Of a stretch of 60,000 nucleotides of DNA, positions 38,601-51,930 are shown one piece after another. The DNA comes from Camelus ferus (Eukaryota): contig NC_045696.1 in the NCBI RefSeq assembly GCF_009834535.1, forward strand, positions 74,278,001 through 74,338,000, given 5' to 3'. Each line of letters starts with the position of its first letter. Positions within the stretch are counted from its first letter, which is position 1. The notes beneath the pieces are model-generated. The model did no database searches and was not told the DNA's origin. It saw only the letters and a program-made list of their open reading frames with translations. Position numbers and translations under genes: made by a program.

Positions 38601-39469
38601 ACTCATAACTGTCTTTTTTTCCTTTATTTTCCAAATTTTCTGATTCATATTTGGGGGCAGGGAAGTGTCGCTGAAGGACACACAGCAAGCGGTGGTGTAG
38701 GAGCCCCTAGTGGACTGCCCTCCTGTGGAGCCCTTGGGGATCGTTGGCCTCCTGACATCTCCCTTTCAGACTGAGTGTGCCACTGAGCCATTGTTCAGCC
38801 TTCATCAACCAGACTGGTATCTAGTTAAAACTTAAGAACAGGATGATCTAACTTCAGGGTTTCCTACAGGATATCTGCCTCTAACCTCTGCACTTTGGCA
38901 TACCTTACAGTCTTTCAGATCTCCTAAATCAGAGGTTTTAGATCCAACATTTCTTTGGAATCACAAATAGCTTTCTTTTCTCTCATGAAGAGACCTAAAT
39001 TAAGAGATGGGTGTTTGGTATCCTCAATTCTTTTTCCAGAGAATGTAGGAAATCTCCCTGTGTGGAAGCTAGAAAACAGCTGATGCCAACCATAACAAGA
39101 CGCAAAGCATGCAGCGTTTAACTACTGCAAGACTAATAGACTGATTATGACCTCTTGACTGCTGAGCCTTAAGAACCAGACGGTATTATTCTTTTTCAGA
39201 AGTTAGATAATAGCTCCTGTTGTTTCTTCTTTTAATTTCATAAAACAGCAAATCTCTATAGTCCTGAGTGATTTAGCCAAGTAAGCAATTATAGGAGATT
39301 GCTGGATCCATCTGCTTTTCCCCAATAGATTTGAAGATGAGAATGAGTGTGTTCAGTTTTCATTCTTCCAAGAAATCGAACTCCTACTGCTTTGTAAGGT
39401 CAGGGAATACCTCCTGCAGGCTCCTTTGAGAATTCTAGTTGGGAAGCTTCTTAAAACAGCAGTCCTGTT

Positions 39470-39900
39470 GTATTAGTCAGGTCTCCTTTGGTTGCCAAAG
39501 GCACAAGCTCCTCATACTAGCTTATGTAAAAATTTTAAAATGAGAGTAGGCACTGTTTAATGGCTCACATAACAAAAAAGTCTAGGAGCAGACTGGATGC
39601 AAGATGTCATCCAACATCTCATTCTCTCCGCCCTGCTTTCCTCTTTGGTAACTTTATTCACCACAGGTCCCTTCTAAGTGGAGGCAAAAATTGTTGCCCC
39701 TACCCAGCTCCAGCCTCATGTCATCTTTGTGTGTGATCTCAGAAGGAATGAGGTCCTCTCCCTCCCAGCATCTGTAGCAAACTCTGCAAAAACAGTTAGC
39801 CCTGCTTTAAGCATACACAGACTGTGTGTGTTACAGGCTTAAAAGATACTCTAATAATTGGGCAACCTAGATTAGAAGCATCTTAACAGGAATCAGGATC
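39470..39900 (-). mobile_element. Old MaLR LTR (MLT1J/K-like)
   Basis: 'tgtattagtcagg...ttggttgccaaag...aatggctcacataacaaaaaagtctagg'. Confidence 0.65.
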
Positions 39901-41157
39901 AGGTGGAAGGAACACTGTATCTCCACCATAATGTACATACAAAAAAAGTTATCCATTTAAACTTATCAAAAGCAAAGGAAAGGGAGAGAGAATTTTAGTT
40001 GAAAAATATAATTTTAATATCTTTCACTGAAAGGTAGAGGTAATACAGTCAAGAAAAAGAATCAAAGAGAAATGTAGAAGACAGCAAAAACTGAGATACA
40101 GAGCATTTGCATGACCCTAGAAAGTTCCTTGTGCCCAATTCTAGTCACTATGCACTCCCATGTTGGCAAACACTGTTCTTATTTCTATCCCCATAGATTA
40201 GTTGTAACTTTCTTAAACTTTATATAATTGGAATTACTCAGTATGTACTTTGCTATGTTCTTTCACTTAATATGAGTTGTATTCATATTTTTGTGTGCAT
40301 CAGAAGTTCATTCTTTATTTATTGATAAGTACTATTCCATTGTATCAATACCTACAACTTTCTGTTGATGGACATTTGGGTGATCTTCAGTTATTAGCAA
40401 TTATGAATAAAGTGTCTATAAACATACTTGTACATGATTTTTCTTTCTTTCTTTTTTTTTTTTTTTTTTGGCCAAATGTTTTCATGTCTCTTGAGTAAAT
40501 ACCTAGGAGTGAAATTGCTAGGTAGGTGTTTATTTAAAAAACTACCAACCATCTTCCAAAGTGGTTGTACCATTTTATACTCCTACCTATTATGCCAGGT
40601 ATTCCATTTGTCATGAAGTAAGCATCTTTGTCATGATACTATTAGTCTTATTTTAATTTTAGCCATTTTGGTGATTGTATAGTGATAGCTCATGGTTTTA
40701 ATTTGCATTTCCCTGATGAGAGTTATGTTGCTTATTGTCCATTCAGTATGCTCTTTTGTCAAATGTCTTTTTAAGTACTTGGACATTTTTATTGAGTTGT
40801 CATCATTATTGATTTTTATATTATGGACACCTATCCTTTGTTGTACTTATATATTACAAGTGTTTTCTCACAATCTGTATATCTGCCTTGCTCCATCTTA
40901 TTACTAACTTTGGATGGGAAGAATTTTTTGTTTTGATGAGAACTAATTCATCATTTTTTTTTTTATGATTAGTGCTTCTTTTTTCTTTCTGATTAGAAAT
41001 CTGCCTGTCCTAATGTCATGGGGGTAGTCTCCTATGTTTTATTCCATATACTTTACAGTTCAACTATTAAATTTAGGTCTTGGAGTCTTTTCAGATTATT
41101 TTTGTACATAGTTTGGGGTAGAAATGAAGGTTTCTTTTTCTTTTCATACCTTTATTC

Positions 41158-41359
41158 CAGGATTTCTCTGAGACTTTGGGTCAGAAAATACTTTGTGTGG
41201 GAGGATGTCCTATTCATCATAGGTGTTTAGCAGCATTCCTGGCCTCTACCCACTAGATGCCAGCAGTGCCCCTACTCAGTTGTGGTAATCAAAAATGTGC
41301 CCAGACATTGCTGAAGGTCAGGGTTGGGAAGCAAAATTGCCTGTGGTTGAGAACCACTG
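41158..41359. mobile_element. MER20 hAT-Charlie DNA transposon
   Basis: CAG...CTG ends; 'tttagcagcattcctggcctctacccactagatgccagcag', 'ggttgagaaccactg'; 8-bp TSD ctttattc/ctttatac. Confidence 0.9.
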
Positions 41360-42674
41360 CTTTATACAATTGTCCTAGCATCATCCTTTCACCATTGAAT
41401 TATTTTGGCACCTTTTTTCAAAAATTAATTATTGTATTGTATACATGTGAATTTTTTCCTGGACTATCTGTGCTGTTCACATGATCTACTTGTCTTATTA
41501 CACCAATATTACAATACACCAATACCATAGTTTTTGTTATTTTAAAATCAGGTAGTAGAAAGTGCTTCAACCCTGTTTTTTCTTTTTCAAGATTTCTTTA
41601 TATTGAACAAGATTGAACTGAAGTCTTTCCCTAAAATATTAATTAGTTCTAATAATTTTTTTCAGATTTCTTAGGATTTCTACAAATCCAGTCATGTCAT
41701 TTGCAACTAAAGATAAATTTACTTCCTCTTTTCTACTTACATGCCTTTTTTTCTTGCCTTGTTGCACTGAGTAGGACATCTGGTACAATGTCCAAAATAA
41801 CTGAGAACTGATACCCTTGCCTATTTATTCTCAGTTTTATAGGGAAAGCACTCAATATATTATCATTAGGTATAATGTTTATTATAGGTTTTTAGTAAAT
41901 ACTATTTATGATACTAAGGAAATTTTCTTCTATTCCTAGTTTTCTGAGAGTTTTTAATTATGAATAAGTTAGTGTTTGTATGGCATATTTATTTTACCTT
42001 TTAGTTCTATCCAAGTCTTTAAATTTGGAACACATATTTTAAGATAGCACATACTTGAGTCTTGTGTTTTTATATGCAATCTGACAATCCCTGCCTTTAA
42101 GATAAGGTGGTTAGTCCATTTTCATTTAGTGTAATTACTGATATGGTTGGTTTCTAATTGTCCACTCTGATTTTTGTCCCTTGCTTCTTCTTGTTTCCCT
42201 TCTTTTGGATTAACTGAATATTTTAGTATTCTATATTATTTTGCCTATTGACTTTTTAGTTGTATATCTCATTAATATTTTGATAGTTGTCCAAGTAATT
42301 ATAATATTTATCCTTTACTTATTGTTGCCTCTTTAAAATAATATTGTAGCACTTCAGATTAAATATTAGAATCTGGAAACAGCATGTTGCATAGTTTCAT
42401 TTACCTTTGTCCCATCCTTTGTGCTATTGTTGTCATATATTTTCCTTCTACATGTATTATAAGTCACATAGGAAATGTGATATATTTGTCTTAAACTCTC
42501 AGTTGTGTTTTAGAAAAATCAAGAAACAGAAAAGGTAGTTTTTTCACATCTACCTAAATTGTTATCACTTCCAGTGTTCTTCATTCCTTTCTGCAGATTT
42601 CAGTTCTCATATTATGTTCTTTTCTATTTGTTTAACCTGAAAAAAACTCTTTCAGCATTTTAAGTAGCACAAAA

Positions 42675-43998
42675 CTTTTTTTTTTAATTTTAAAAAAATG
42701 TTATACAATTTTGAAAGGTTATTTCCCATTTAGTTATTTTAAAATATTGGCTATATTCCCTGTGTTGTACAATACACTTTTGTGCCTATCTTACACTCAA
42801 TAGTTTGTGCCTCTCACTCCCCGATCCCTATACCACAGCCCCACCCCCGCTGGTAACCACTAGCCTGTTCTCTATATCTGTGAGTCTGCTTCTTTTTTGT
42901 TATATTCACTAGTTTGTTGTATTTTTTAGATTCTACATATGGGTAGAATATATACAGTAGTTGTCTTTCTCTGACTTATTTCACTTAGCAAAATGCCCTC
43001 CAAGTCCATCTGTGTTTGTGCACATGGCAAAATTTCATTCTTTTTTATGGCTGATTAGTATTCCATTGTATATTTATATACCACATCTTCTTTACCCATT
43101 CATCTGCTGATAGACCCTTAGGCTGCTGCCATATCTTGGCAATTGTAAATAATGCTTCTATGAACATTGAGGTGCATGTATCTTTCCAAATTAGTGGGGG
43201 GGTTTTTTGGATATATGTCAAGAAGTGGAATTTCTGGGTCATATGGTACTTCTGTTTTTAATTTTTTGAGAAACCTCCATACTGTTTTCCACAGTGGCTG
43301 CACCAATTTACATTCCCACCAACAATGTAGGGGGGTTCCTTTTCTCCACATTCTTGCCAATATTTGTTATTTGTATTCTTTTTAAAGATAGCTGTTCTAA
43401 TAGGTGTGAGGTGATATCTCATTGTGGTTTTGATTTGCATTTCCCTGATGAGTAGCAATGTTGAGCATTTTTCATGTGCCTGTTGGCTATCTAAGTATCC
43501 TTTTTGGAAAAATGTCTATTCAGTTCATGTTCAGTTTTATGAACTGTTTGTCTGTGTTGGATGTTAATCCCCTATCAATGACATCATTTGCAAATATTTT
43601 CTCCCATTTAATATGCTGTCTCTTCGTTTTGTTGATGGTTTATTTTCCAGTGCAAAAGCTTTTAGATTTAATTAGGTTTCATTTGTTTATCTTTCCTTTT
43701 ATTTCCATTACTCTAGGAGCTGGTTTGAAAGCAATATTGCTGCAATTTAGGTCAACGAGTATTCTGCCTATGTTTTCCTCTAAGAATTTTATAGTATCCA
43801 GTCTTACATCTAGGTCTTTAGTCCATTTTGAGTTTATTTTTGTATATGGTGTTAGAGAATGCTCTAATTTCATCTTTTCACATGTAGCTGTCCAGTTTTC
43901 CCAGTACCACTTACTGAAGAAACTGTCTTTTCTCCACTGTATATTTTTGCCTCCTTTGTCATAGATTAATTGACCATAAGTATGCACGTGCATTTCTG
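42675..43998 (-). mobile_element. Younger 5'-truncated L1 (ORF2 C-terminus + 3'UTR + poly(A)) nested in older L1
   Basis: Frameshifted ORF2 peptides [49 protein letters not shown]-run at about 42676-42685. Confidence 0.92.
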
Positions 43999-45158
43999 CA
44001 TAAAAAAATTATTTCATTTTTTTTACTTTATATAGATTTCTGGTTTACATTTAGTTTTTGTTATTGATTGATTACTTTGAAGATATCCTGCCCTTGTTTT
44101 TGGCTTCTCTTTTTTCTGGTAAGAATTAAGCTGTCATTCTTATCATTGTTTCCAAGCTTATCTTTTTACTTCTGACTACAGGATTTTTCTCTTTATCTTT
44201 GATTTTCAGCAGTTTGACAATTATGTGCCTAGTGTAGCTTTCTTTGTGTTTACCCTACTTGGGATCCAGTGAACTTCCTGAATCCCTAGATTGATTTTTT
44301 TTAACAAATTTAGGAAATTGGTTGTTACTTCTTAAAATATATTTTTGCTCAGTTCTCCATCTCCTCTCCCACTTAAACTTCAATACATATATGTTATATG
44401 TAACTTGATATGTTACTTGATATTGTTTCACAAGTTAAGGAGTCTGTACATTTTTAAAAATCTTTTCCTTTCCCTTAGTTGGATAATTTATGTTGATTTA
44501 CGCTTTGTTACTATGAGTCTATTTGAGTTTTATCCCTAGTTCTATTGCATGGTGCTTACTTACTCTAAGATGTGGATTTTTGTTTCTATTGAAACGTACC
44601 CTAATGGATTGCTACTGCATTTTTGAGGTAGACGGTAAGTGCACTCCACTCTGGATGGGGTGGCCTCCATCTCCCAGTACTTGTGACCTCTTTTACATCA
44701 ATTTATTTCTTAACCCTTCGCACAAGCTGCTGTGTGCTGGCCCTTGAGGGATTTAACCCTATACAAGACCAGCCCTTATTTAAAGATGTGAGCAAAACCC
44801 TACAGACATGTGGGTACTTCTCATACACCCAGGTCTCTTATTTTCCAATCTCTGCTACACAAATTCCAGCCATTTCTTTAGCCCTAAACTGATCCCTGCC
44901 TCATCAGAGGCAGACTTCTGGTTTCTGCTTGGGTCAACCTACCTGAACCACAGTCAGGAAAATGCCTCAGGACAGAAATCTGGGGTTAACATGGAGCTCA
45001 TTACATGTGTTTCCCTCCTCTCAAGGGTCACAGTTCTGCACTGCCTGTTTACCAGTTCCTCAAAACAGTTACCTCATTTTTTCCAGTTTTATAGTTGTTT
45101 ATGTCAGAAGAGTTAAGTCCAAAACAAATAATTTAGTCCTGGCTGAATATGAAAGTGT

Positions 45159-45211
45159 ATCATCTCTTGGGCTTATGGCTAAGATCAGATGTAGTATCTG
45201 TTCTTATCAGT
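45159..45211 (+). pseudogene. RNU2: 3'-truncated U2 snRNA pseudogene (U2 nt 1-53)
   Basis: 45/53 ungapped identity to U2 5' end ATCGCTTCTCGGCCTTTTGGCTAAGATCAAGTGTAGTATCTGTTCTTATCAGT (from memory), including branch-site recognition GTAGTA. Confidence 0.9.
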
Positions 45212-46114
45212 CCTATAAATTTTGGAAAAAAATGAATAAATGAATGAATATTGGCAGAGTCAGGAAATATTATTTTAAAAATATGCTTTGCTAATCATCT
45301 CTATCTTCCTGGCAACACTTACACAAACTCACCCACCTAATATGTGTCCATTCATTAGAAAAAAATATTTTTAATTGTACATCAACTATACTTCAGTCAG
45401 AAAAAAAGAAAAACGGTTTTAGATCCAAATCCTTGTTAATATTAGGATATTTGCATTTTCAAAACATACTTTTAAGTAGAAAATCCTTAGAAAATCAGAA
45501 GAATAAATATTTAAACTTTCATACATCTCTACTAGCTGATTAAATTAATGGACAAGAAATGTTCCTTTTGATTCTTAAATTGTCCCTTTTCCATTTTGCC
45601 ACACACTTTGCCTACAGGAAGGTCGTTCCTGATATCAAATATATACTTACCATCTTGGCACTACATTTAATAAAATATATACTTGCCACCTTGGTACTAT
45701 ACTTAGAGCATAAAAGAACAAGTTAGCTGTGAACTAACATTCTTTCTCACGTCATCACTTTTTTCTTCAGATCGTGGCATTTTTGTATATAATTCTCCAT
45801 GTTTTTTCCCTTATTACTGCTCATAATTAACAGAGAAGGTGGGCAGATAGATCAGAAATTAAATAATACTTATATTTCATATCAGCATTGACGTTGGGAC
45901 ACCATGGGTTATGATGCCTCTTTAATTTGTATTCATGTACTATATTCAAACAATCATGTAAAAGGCACCAGGTATAGCAGAAAGAATGAGGAATCAGAAG
46001 ATCTTAGTTCTAGTCTTCTCCCTTTTATTATGAGCCCATAGGTGATTTCACTTAACATCTTTGATACCTTGATTTCATCATCAGTAAAATGGAAGGATTG
46101 GACTAAAGAATTAT

Positions 46115-46850
46115 AGTATCTAACATTTGCTGAGAGTACTTTCTGTGTACCAGGTACTATGCCAAGAATTTTAAATATTCAGTTTTGTTTAATCTTCACA
46201 GTAATCTAGACCATTTGTCAGGGTTCTCCAGAGAAACAGAACCAATAGGATATGTATAGATACATAAGAGGAGATTTATTATGAGAATTTGCTTATATGG
46301 TTATGGAGGCCAAGAAGACTTACAATAAGCCATTTTCAAGCTGGAGAGCCAGGGAAGCTAGTGGTATAATTCAGTCTGAGGCCAGAGGCCTGAGAACCAG
46401 GGAGGTCTGCTGATTTAAGTCCTGGGTTCAAAGGCCTGAGAACCAGGAGCTTTAATGTCCAAAGAAAGGAGAATATGGACATCCCAAATCAAGAAGAGAG
46501 ACAACAAATTAGCCCTTCCTCCTTGTTTGTTCTATTCAGCCCCTCAATAGTTTTGGTGATGCTCACCTGCATTGAAGAAAGCAATCTGCTTTATTCAGTC
46601 TACTGAGAAATGCTAATCTCATCCAGAGACACCCTCACAGACATACCCAGAAATAATGACCAACTATCTGAGTATCCCATAGCCCTGTAAAGTTGACACA
46701 TAAAATTAACCATCACAGAGACAGATGTTATTATTATTGTTATCTTATGAATACTTAAAACTGGGGTTCAGCATCTCTTCTAAGTGGTTGGTGGAAAAGC
46801 TAGTATTGGACTTAAGCCTGTCTGACTCCTGGGCCCAGGCTGCTAACCCT
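46115..46850 (-). mobile_element. MIR split by an MLT2 LTR
   Basis: 'tgagagtactttctgtgtaccaggtactatgc...tttaatcttcacagtaatc' continuing after the LTR as 'gatgttattattatt...aagcctgtctgactcc'. Confidence 0.7.
46212..46717 (-). mobile_element. Solo ERVL LTR, MLT2 family
   Basis: 'gtcagggttctccagagaaacagaaccaatagga...gttgacacataaaattaaccatcaca'; near-TSD tagac/gagac. Confidence 0.9.
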
Positions 46851-47329
46851 CATAATTCCAAGTGAAACAGATTTCTAAACATATTTCTCTAAAATAGTGA
46901 ATTTCATATCCTATTAGGAAAAAAGCTTACACACAAACTAAAGAGTCTTATCACTTCTCCTTCTGTTGAACATAACCCAGGCTTGTACATGTTTGCACGT
47001 TGTCTGCCTGTCAAATTTAGTTCCCAAGCAGAAACTTCATCTAACAACAACATTCTGCCTGGAGGTTCACACATTGCTGGCACTTGGTTTAAGTGTTCAT
47101 AACAATATGAATGGCATCTGTTTAATAGAAAGAATTTTGCCATTAATGCTTATTTGATATTAGTTCAAATATTTATTTAGCAATGCTAAATGTTAAAAAC
47201 ATTCTAATCTTCTTAATATATGTAAAAGGTTATTTATATTAGTTTTAGCCCACAGTTGCCTGGGTTTGGCGTAGTCTGGTACTAGATTGACTGTACTTCC
47301 AATAAATATCCCTAGCCGAGATTTATTCC

Positions 47330-48230
47330 AGTTCATTCATTCATTTATTCATTTATCAGTGAATGTTTAGCATTTAGCATATATTTAGGCATATTGTTCA
47401 CCTACCATTCTACTAAGTGCTAGACAAATAAAACAAATACGATTTTAGCCTCCAGGAATTTATTGTCTAACACACTGGGGTTTTGCACATAGGTAAGTAA
47501 ACAGACAATTACAATTTGGTATAATACCTTCCATGGAGTTAGTACAACAGAAGGGGCATCTGAACCATAATTAGGAATTAGAGAAGTCATCCAACACAGT
47601 GATATACCAATAAGACTTGAAATATTTTCATAAATTAGCCAGGTTAAGAGCAGGTGGAAGACAAGTCCAAATTCAAGTTCTTTGAATTTGTTCAAAGAAC
47701 CAAACGTTAGGGAAAGAGAAAGGCATTATTGGAAAAGCTGAATATAGTTCATAATGGTCCAAAGGGAGTGGTAAGAAATGAAACTGAAAGGTAGGCAGCA
47801 TCATCCTAACAGACCTTATAAGCTCCATGTTAAGCCATGGAACCTTTACCTGATGACAACTGAAAAGATTTAAGTGGTTAAGTGAAATAATCAGATTTGC
47901 ATCTTGGAAAGGTCACTTTGGCTGCAAATGTAGGAAGCAAATTACAGGAGACAAGGATGGACCAAAGGAGAACAATCGGGGACCTTTTTAAATGGTGATA
48001 TCATTAATATAGGAAAGGCAGTAGATGAATTACAATCAACTGAGATAAAATTGACAGGACAAGGTGGGAATTGTTAAAAGTGAGGTAGTTGGGAAGGAAC
48101 AGGAAAACGGGATGTTGATTGAAAACAGGATGTTAGTTCTACTCATTGGGATAGGAAACATGGAGGGAGAATCAGCTTTAATGTGAGAAAAACTGATTAA
48201 TTTAGTTTTAGTCAAGTTCAAGTAGGTAGT
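47330..48230 (-). mobile_element. L2 (3' end and body)
   Basis: 'ttcattcattcatttattcatt' tail; 'aatcagatttgcatcttggaaaggtcactttggctgc'. Confidence 0.75.
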
Positions 48231-48460
48231 TTTATTGTTGTTGTTGTTGTTGTTTGGAATATCTTCTGGTACTATTTCAATTCTCAGGTAGTCCTAATCT
48301 GTACCACAAATTAACACCTGTGAACTGTATGTTCAGTTTTTTCTTTCTCCATCAATTTAGTTAAAAATGCCCTTCAATTACTGGAAAGGTGATGACAGGA
48401 AATGGAAATTACTCATCCTGAATAATATTGATTATTGAAGACGGTGATAGTGAAACATAC

Positions 48461-48480
48461 CTCATAGGCTGAACCAGATC
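48461..48480 (-). other. Candidate 20-nt microexon, minus strand
   Basis: cttttccctacag|GATCTGGTTCAGCCTATGAG|gtatgt in unique sequence. Confidence 0.35.
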
Positions 48481-49399
48481 CTGTAGGGAAAAGTACTATT
48501 CTGGGCTAATCAGTAAAATTTATACAGTCTTATATTGTGGCCCAGGCACATGCACTGCCATACTACTTCTATGGAAAATAACTGAGAGAGAGGTCTCAGA
48601 GGACTGCAGGTCAATCTCAGCTGACACAGCATTTCTGAAAAAGCTGATACAGCACTTCTGAAAAAGGTAGCTGCTTACATTGAAATGGACAAAAGACCTG
48701 ATAATACAGGAAAATTAAATTGAATGTCCCAATCCAGTAGCTTTCACTGTCCACCGCCATATGATTCCCCTCAAAGACTGGAACTATTCATTGAGGGAAA
48801 CCATTGGAAATGTCCACCAGATTGCCTAACTGCTAAAAACTGAGACTGTCCTCAAAGAAGCCTTGTTCCCCAGCTAAATACATTTCTCACCCAGACTGTT
48901 CTACTCAATTACTTTACTCTCCAGCACCTGCAGAGATCTGCATTTGTGACTCCACCGTAGAACAGGGCTCAATGACTGTAGCCTAGGCATTTTTCAGGGA
49001 AGGTATTAAAACCATAGCCATAAAATTGAACTATATAATGAAGTCCTTCAAAATGAATTAACTGCAGATACCTTAATAAGTTGATGTAATGGAGAATGTC
49101 TGCCAAGAAAGAAGGCTTTGGCTTGGAGCAATTGATCTTAGGTCCATCCTTCTGATGATAATTAGGTAGTTTGTCTGGTTGCTTATTGTTTATTGAGGCC
49201 ACTCCTTATTTATGACAATAAATTCATGTTCTCAATTTAAAAGGAAAAGTTTCTGTTTCTGTATTCTATAGTGCAGTGACAAAAGTGGTTTAAAGTCTCT
49301 CAGATAAAAGTTAAAGAGAACAGTGAAGGATGCCAAAGAGCATCCCTGTTTTATGCTTTATGCTTTATGTTCTGCCTTGTCATCTTTAAAATGATTATT

Positions 49400-51930
49400 T
49401 TATCCCATGGGATTCTCAGGGTGTTATTATAAACAATGTGAAGAACATCTTTGTAATTATTTCTTTAGGTTAAATGTCTAAAAGTAGGATTATACCCTAG
49501 ATGAATGATTTGCTCAATTTACAATTTGATATATACAATAAATTACTTACAAAAAGAACTACCCATTTAACTCCCATCAATAAAACATGAGAGTGATTAT
49601 TTCCTTACATCTTCATTAATAATGGATTTTATCTATATATTTAATCAGTACTAATCCAAAAGCCAAAGTGTATTTCATCATTTACTATTTTCAATTATAT
49701 AATTATTAATGCAGTTAGATATATTTTCATGTTTCTTGGCCATTTGTATTTCTTCCATCAGTCACCTTTGTATGACCATTGCCCTTTTTTCAGCTGGGCT
49801 ATTGATTTGTTTTTCTCATTGTGGGTCTCATTTTTTACTCCTGATTTTTAAATTTGTAATGTTTATAACATTAATATTTTTTCAATTTTACCACCTAGAA
49901 ATCAGCTTCCTTTGATATTAATATCATTGCTTCCTATTTTCTTTTTGCCTGTTTATGTGATACACATTTGCCATGTATATCTATAAATTTCTCTAGCAAA
50001 GTCTAAAGTTATTCAATTTTTCTATCCTCTCAGTTAAGTCCTTTGTACATTTTTAGCCTCATTCTTTCAATGTTTCTTGATTTTGTTAAGTAGAGTCTTA
50101 AATGTGCCCACATAAAAATATGTTTTTTACATTTAATTGCTATTCTAATATGTGTTGTCAGTTTCTGAACTTACTGTAGGTCCTTGCATCCTACTACTTT
50201 TCTTTAAGTTCAATTTTAGTAGGTTTTTGTGCAAGAATCTATGAGTGGTAAACCTTCTAGAACCCCCTGTGTTTGAAAACAATGATTTATTTAGCCCTAA
50301 CTCTAGAATGACTATTTTTAATTGGATGTGGAATTCTGGCTCAGCTCTTTGAAGGCGTTCTTCCTTTGTCTTCTGACAGCTACTGCTGCTGAGAATTCTA
50401 TTGTCAATTTGCCTCTTCTTTCTGGTTATCTTGCTCTTTGATTTTCTGAAGTTTCACTTTTTCTTTTCCTTTTTCCCTTTTCAGTATTTGGAGAGTCTCA
50501 TGGGTTGGACTGTATCCTCTGAAAAAGAAATGTTGAAATCCTAACCCCAATGTCTCAGAATTTGACTGTATTTGGAAACAGGGTCCTTACAGAGGTAATC
50601 AAGTTAAAATGAAGTCATTGGGGTGGACCTTAATTCAGTATGACTGGTGTCCTTTTAAAAAGGGGAAATTTGGACACAGAGACAGACAGAGAAGAGTCTG
50701 AGACACAGAGAGAATGCTGTGTGAAGATCAAAGCTGAGATTGGGGTGATGTATCTACAAGCCAAGGAACATTAAAATTGCCAGTAAACCACCAGAAGATG
50801 GGGAGGGGCAGGGAATAAATCCTTCCTTATAGCCCTCAGAAGGAATCAGTGCAGCTAACGCCTTGATTTTGGGCTTCTAGCCTTGAGAGTTGTGAAATAA
50901 TGCATTTCTGTTATTTTAAGCCATCCAGTCTGTGGTACTTTGTTACAGCAACCCTAAGAAACTAATACAGCAGGCATTTTCAAATGAGGCTCATATGTTT
51001 CTTTAATTTTAGAATATTCTCCCCATCATTATCTTTGAATATTTCTTTTCTGCTATTCTTTCTATCTTCATTTCTGGATTTCTATTAAATTTTTATTGGA
51101 ATATCTCAAATGAACAATCCATGTTTTTAAACTTTTCTATGAGTTTTGGTTTAATTCCTATGCTATATTCAAATTTCCTAATTCTCCCTTTGACTTCTTC
51201 TAGTTTATAGTTTGCCCAAATGTTGATTTTCTTATTCCAGTGTTTAAATTATTTTATTTTTAAGATTAACTTGCAAGTTAATTAATCCAGAGTTAGCCTG
51301 GAGTTCATTTACTTCCTCATTTTTTATTTTGTTCATTTTCTTAGTATTCTTTTCCTTTGTTTGAATTTTTAGTTTGAACTCTTACTTTCTGTGGCAATTT
51401 GTCTTTTACCACTGTGTACATTCCTCCTTGCCTAACAGTTTTACAGTTGTCTCAAATTCCACCTTGTCCCAGGGTTCCCTTTCAAGTACTTGATGATATT
51501 TAGTCAATAACCAGCAAGTAGATTGGCCCAGGTCCTAGCTTTGAATCTGTGTCTGCATACTTTTGTCTCTCAATATACACTATCTGTAATTCAGGAAATT
51601 ATTGGTCACAACTTTTCACAACATCTTTTCATGGATGATAGAGGTCCAACAGAGTCCCTGTTTTTAAGCAGTAAACCTGACCCTAGTCTCCTGCCTTACA
51701 CAGGACACATTTAGTTCCTCTTGCTCCAACTCAGATTTGCCTAATTCTGGTTCCAAAGTCTAGTAGGCTTATAGTTTACTATTTTTGGTTTTCTCTTGCA
51801 TTTTCATATGTGTAGTTAAATTTTTTGTTTAGCATGTCTTTTTAATTTTTTTTCACTTTAGAGTTTATCTATTATTGCTATGTATTTAGAGTGGCAAATG
51901 AGGATTCAAACACAAAACGGCCACCCCATC
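49400..51930 (-). mobile_element. Highly degraded old L1 remnants
   Basis: Antisense L1 motifs 'ttcatgtttcttggccatttgtatttcttcc', 'ttattttagaatattctcccc'-like, 'tgagaattctattgtcaattt'. Confidence 0.6.
50496..50969 (+). mobile_element. MaLR LTR (MLT1B/C-like) nested in L1
   Basis: 'atgttgaaatcctaacccc...tatttggaaacagggtc...gtggtactttgttacagcaaccctaagaaactaataca'. Confidence 0.9.

Larger units (their letters stand above)
40100..45156 (-). mobile_element. Deleted old L1 (L1ME/MB-like), 3'UTR to 5' terminus, with nested MER20 and younger L1
   Basis: Antisense motifs 'gttgatggacatttggg', 'ttgagtaaatacctaggagtgaaattgct', 5'-end 'tttccctcctctcaagggtcacagttctgcactgcctg...gttaagtcc'. Confidence 0.85.

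Noticed and set aside
43458..43964. Longest ORF in the track (168 aa, plus strand)
   Set aside because: Antisense reading of L1 ORF2; hydrophobic bias comes from the T-rich strand
15910..46717. Two MLT2 LTRs as a paired provirus
   Set aside because: Different TSDs, 30 kb apart; independent solo LTRs
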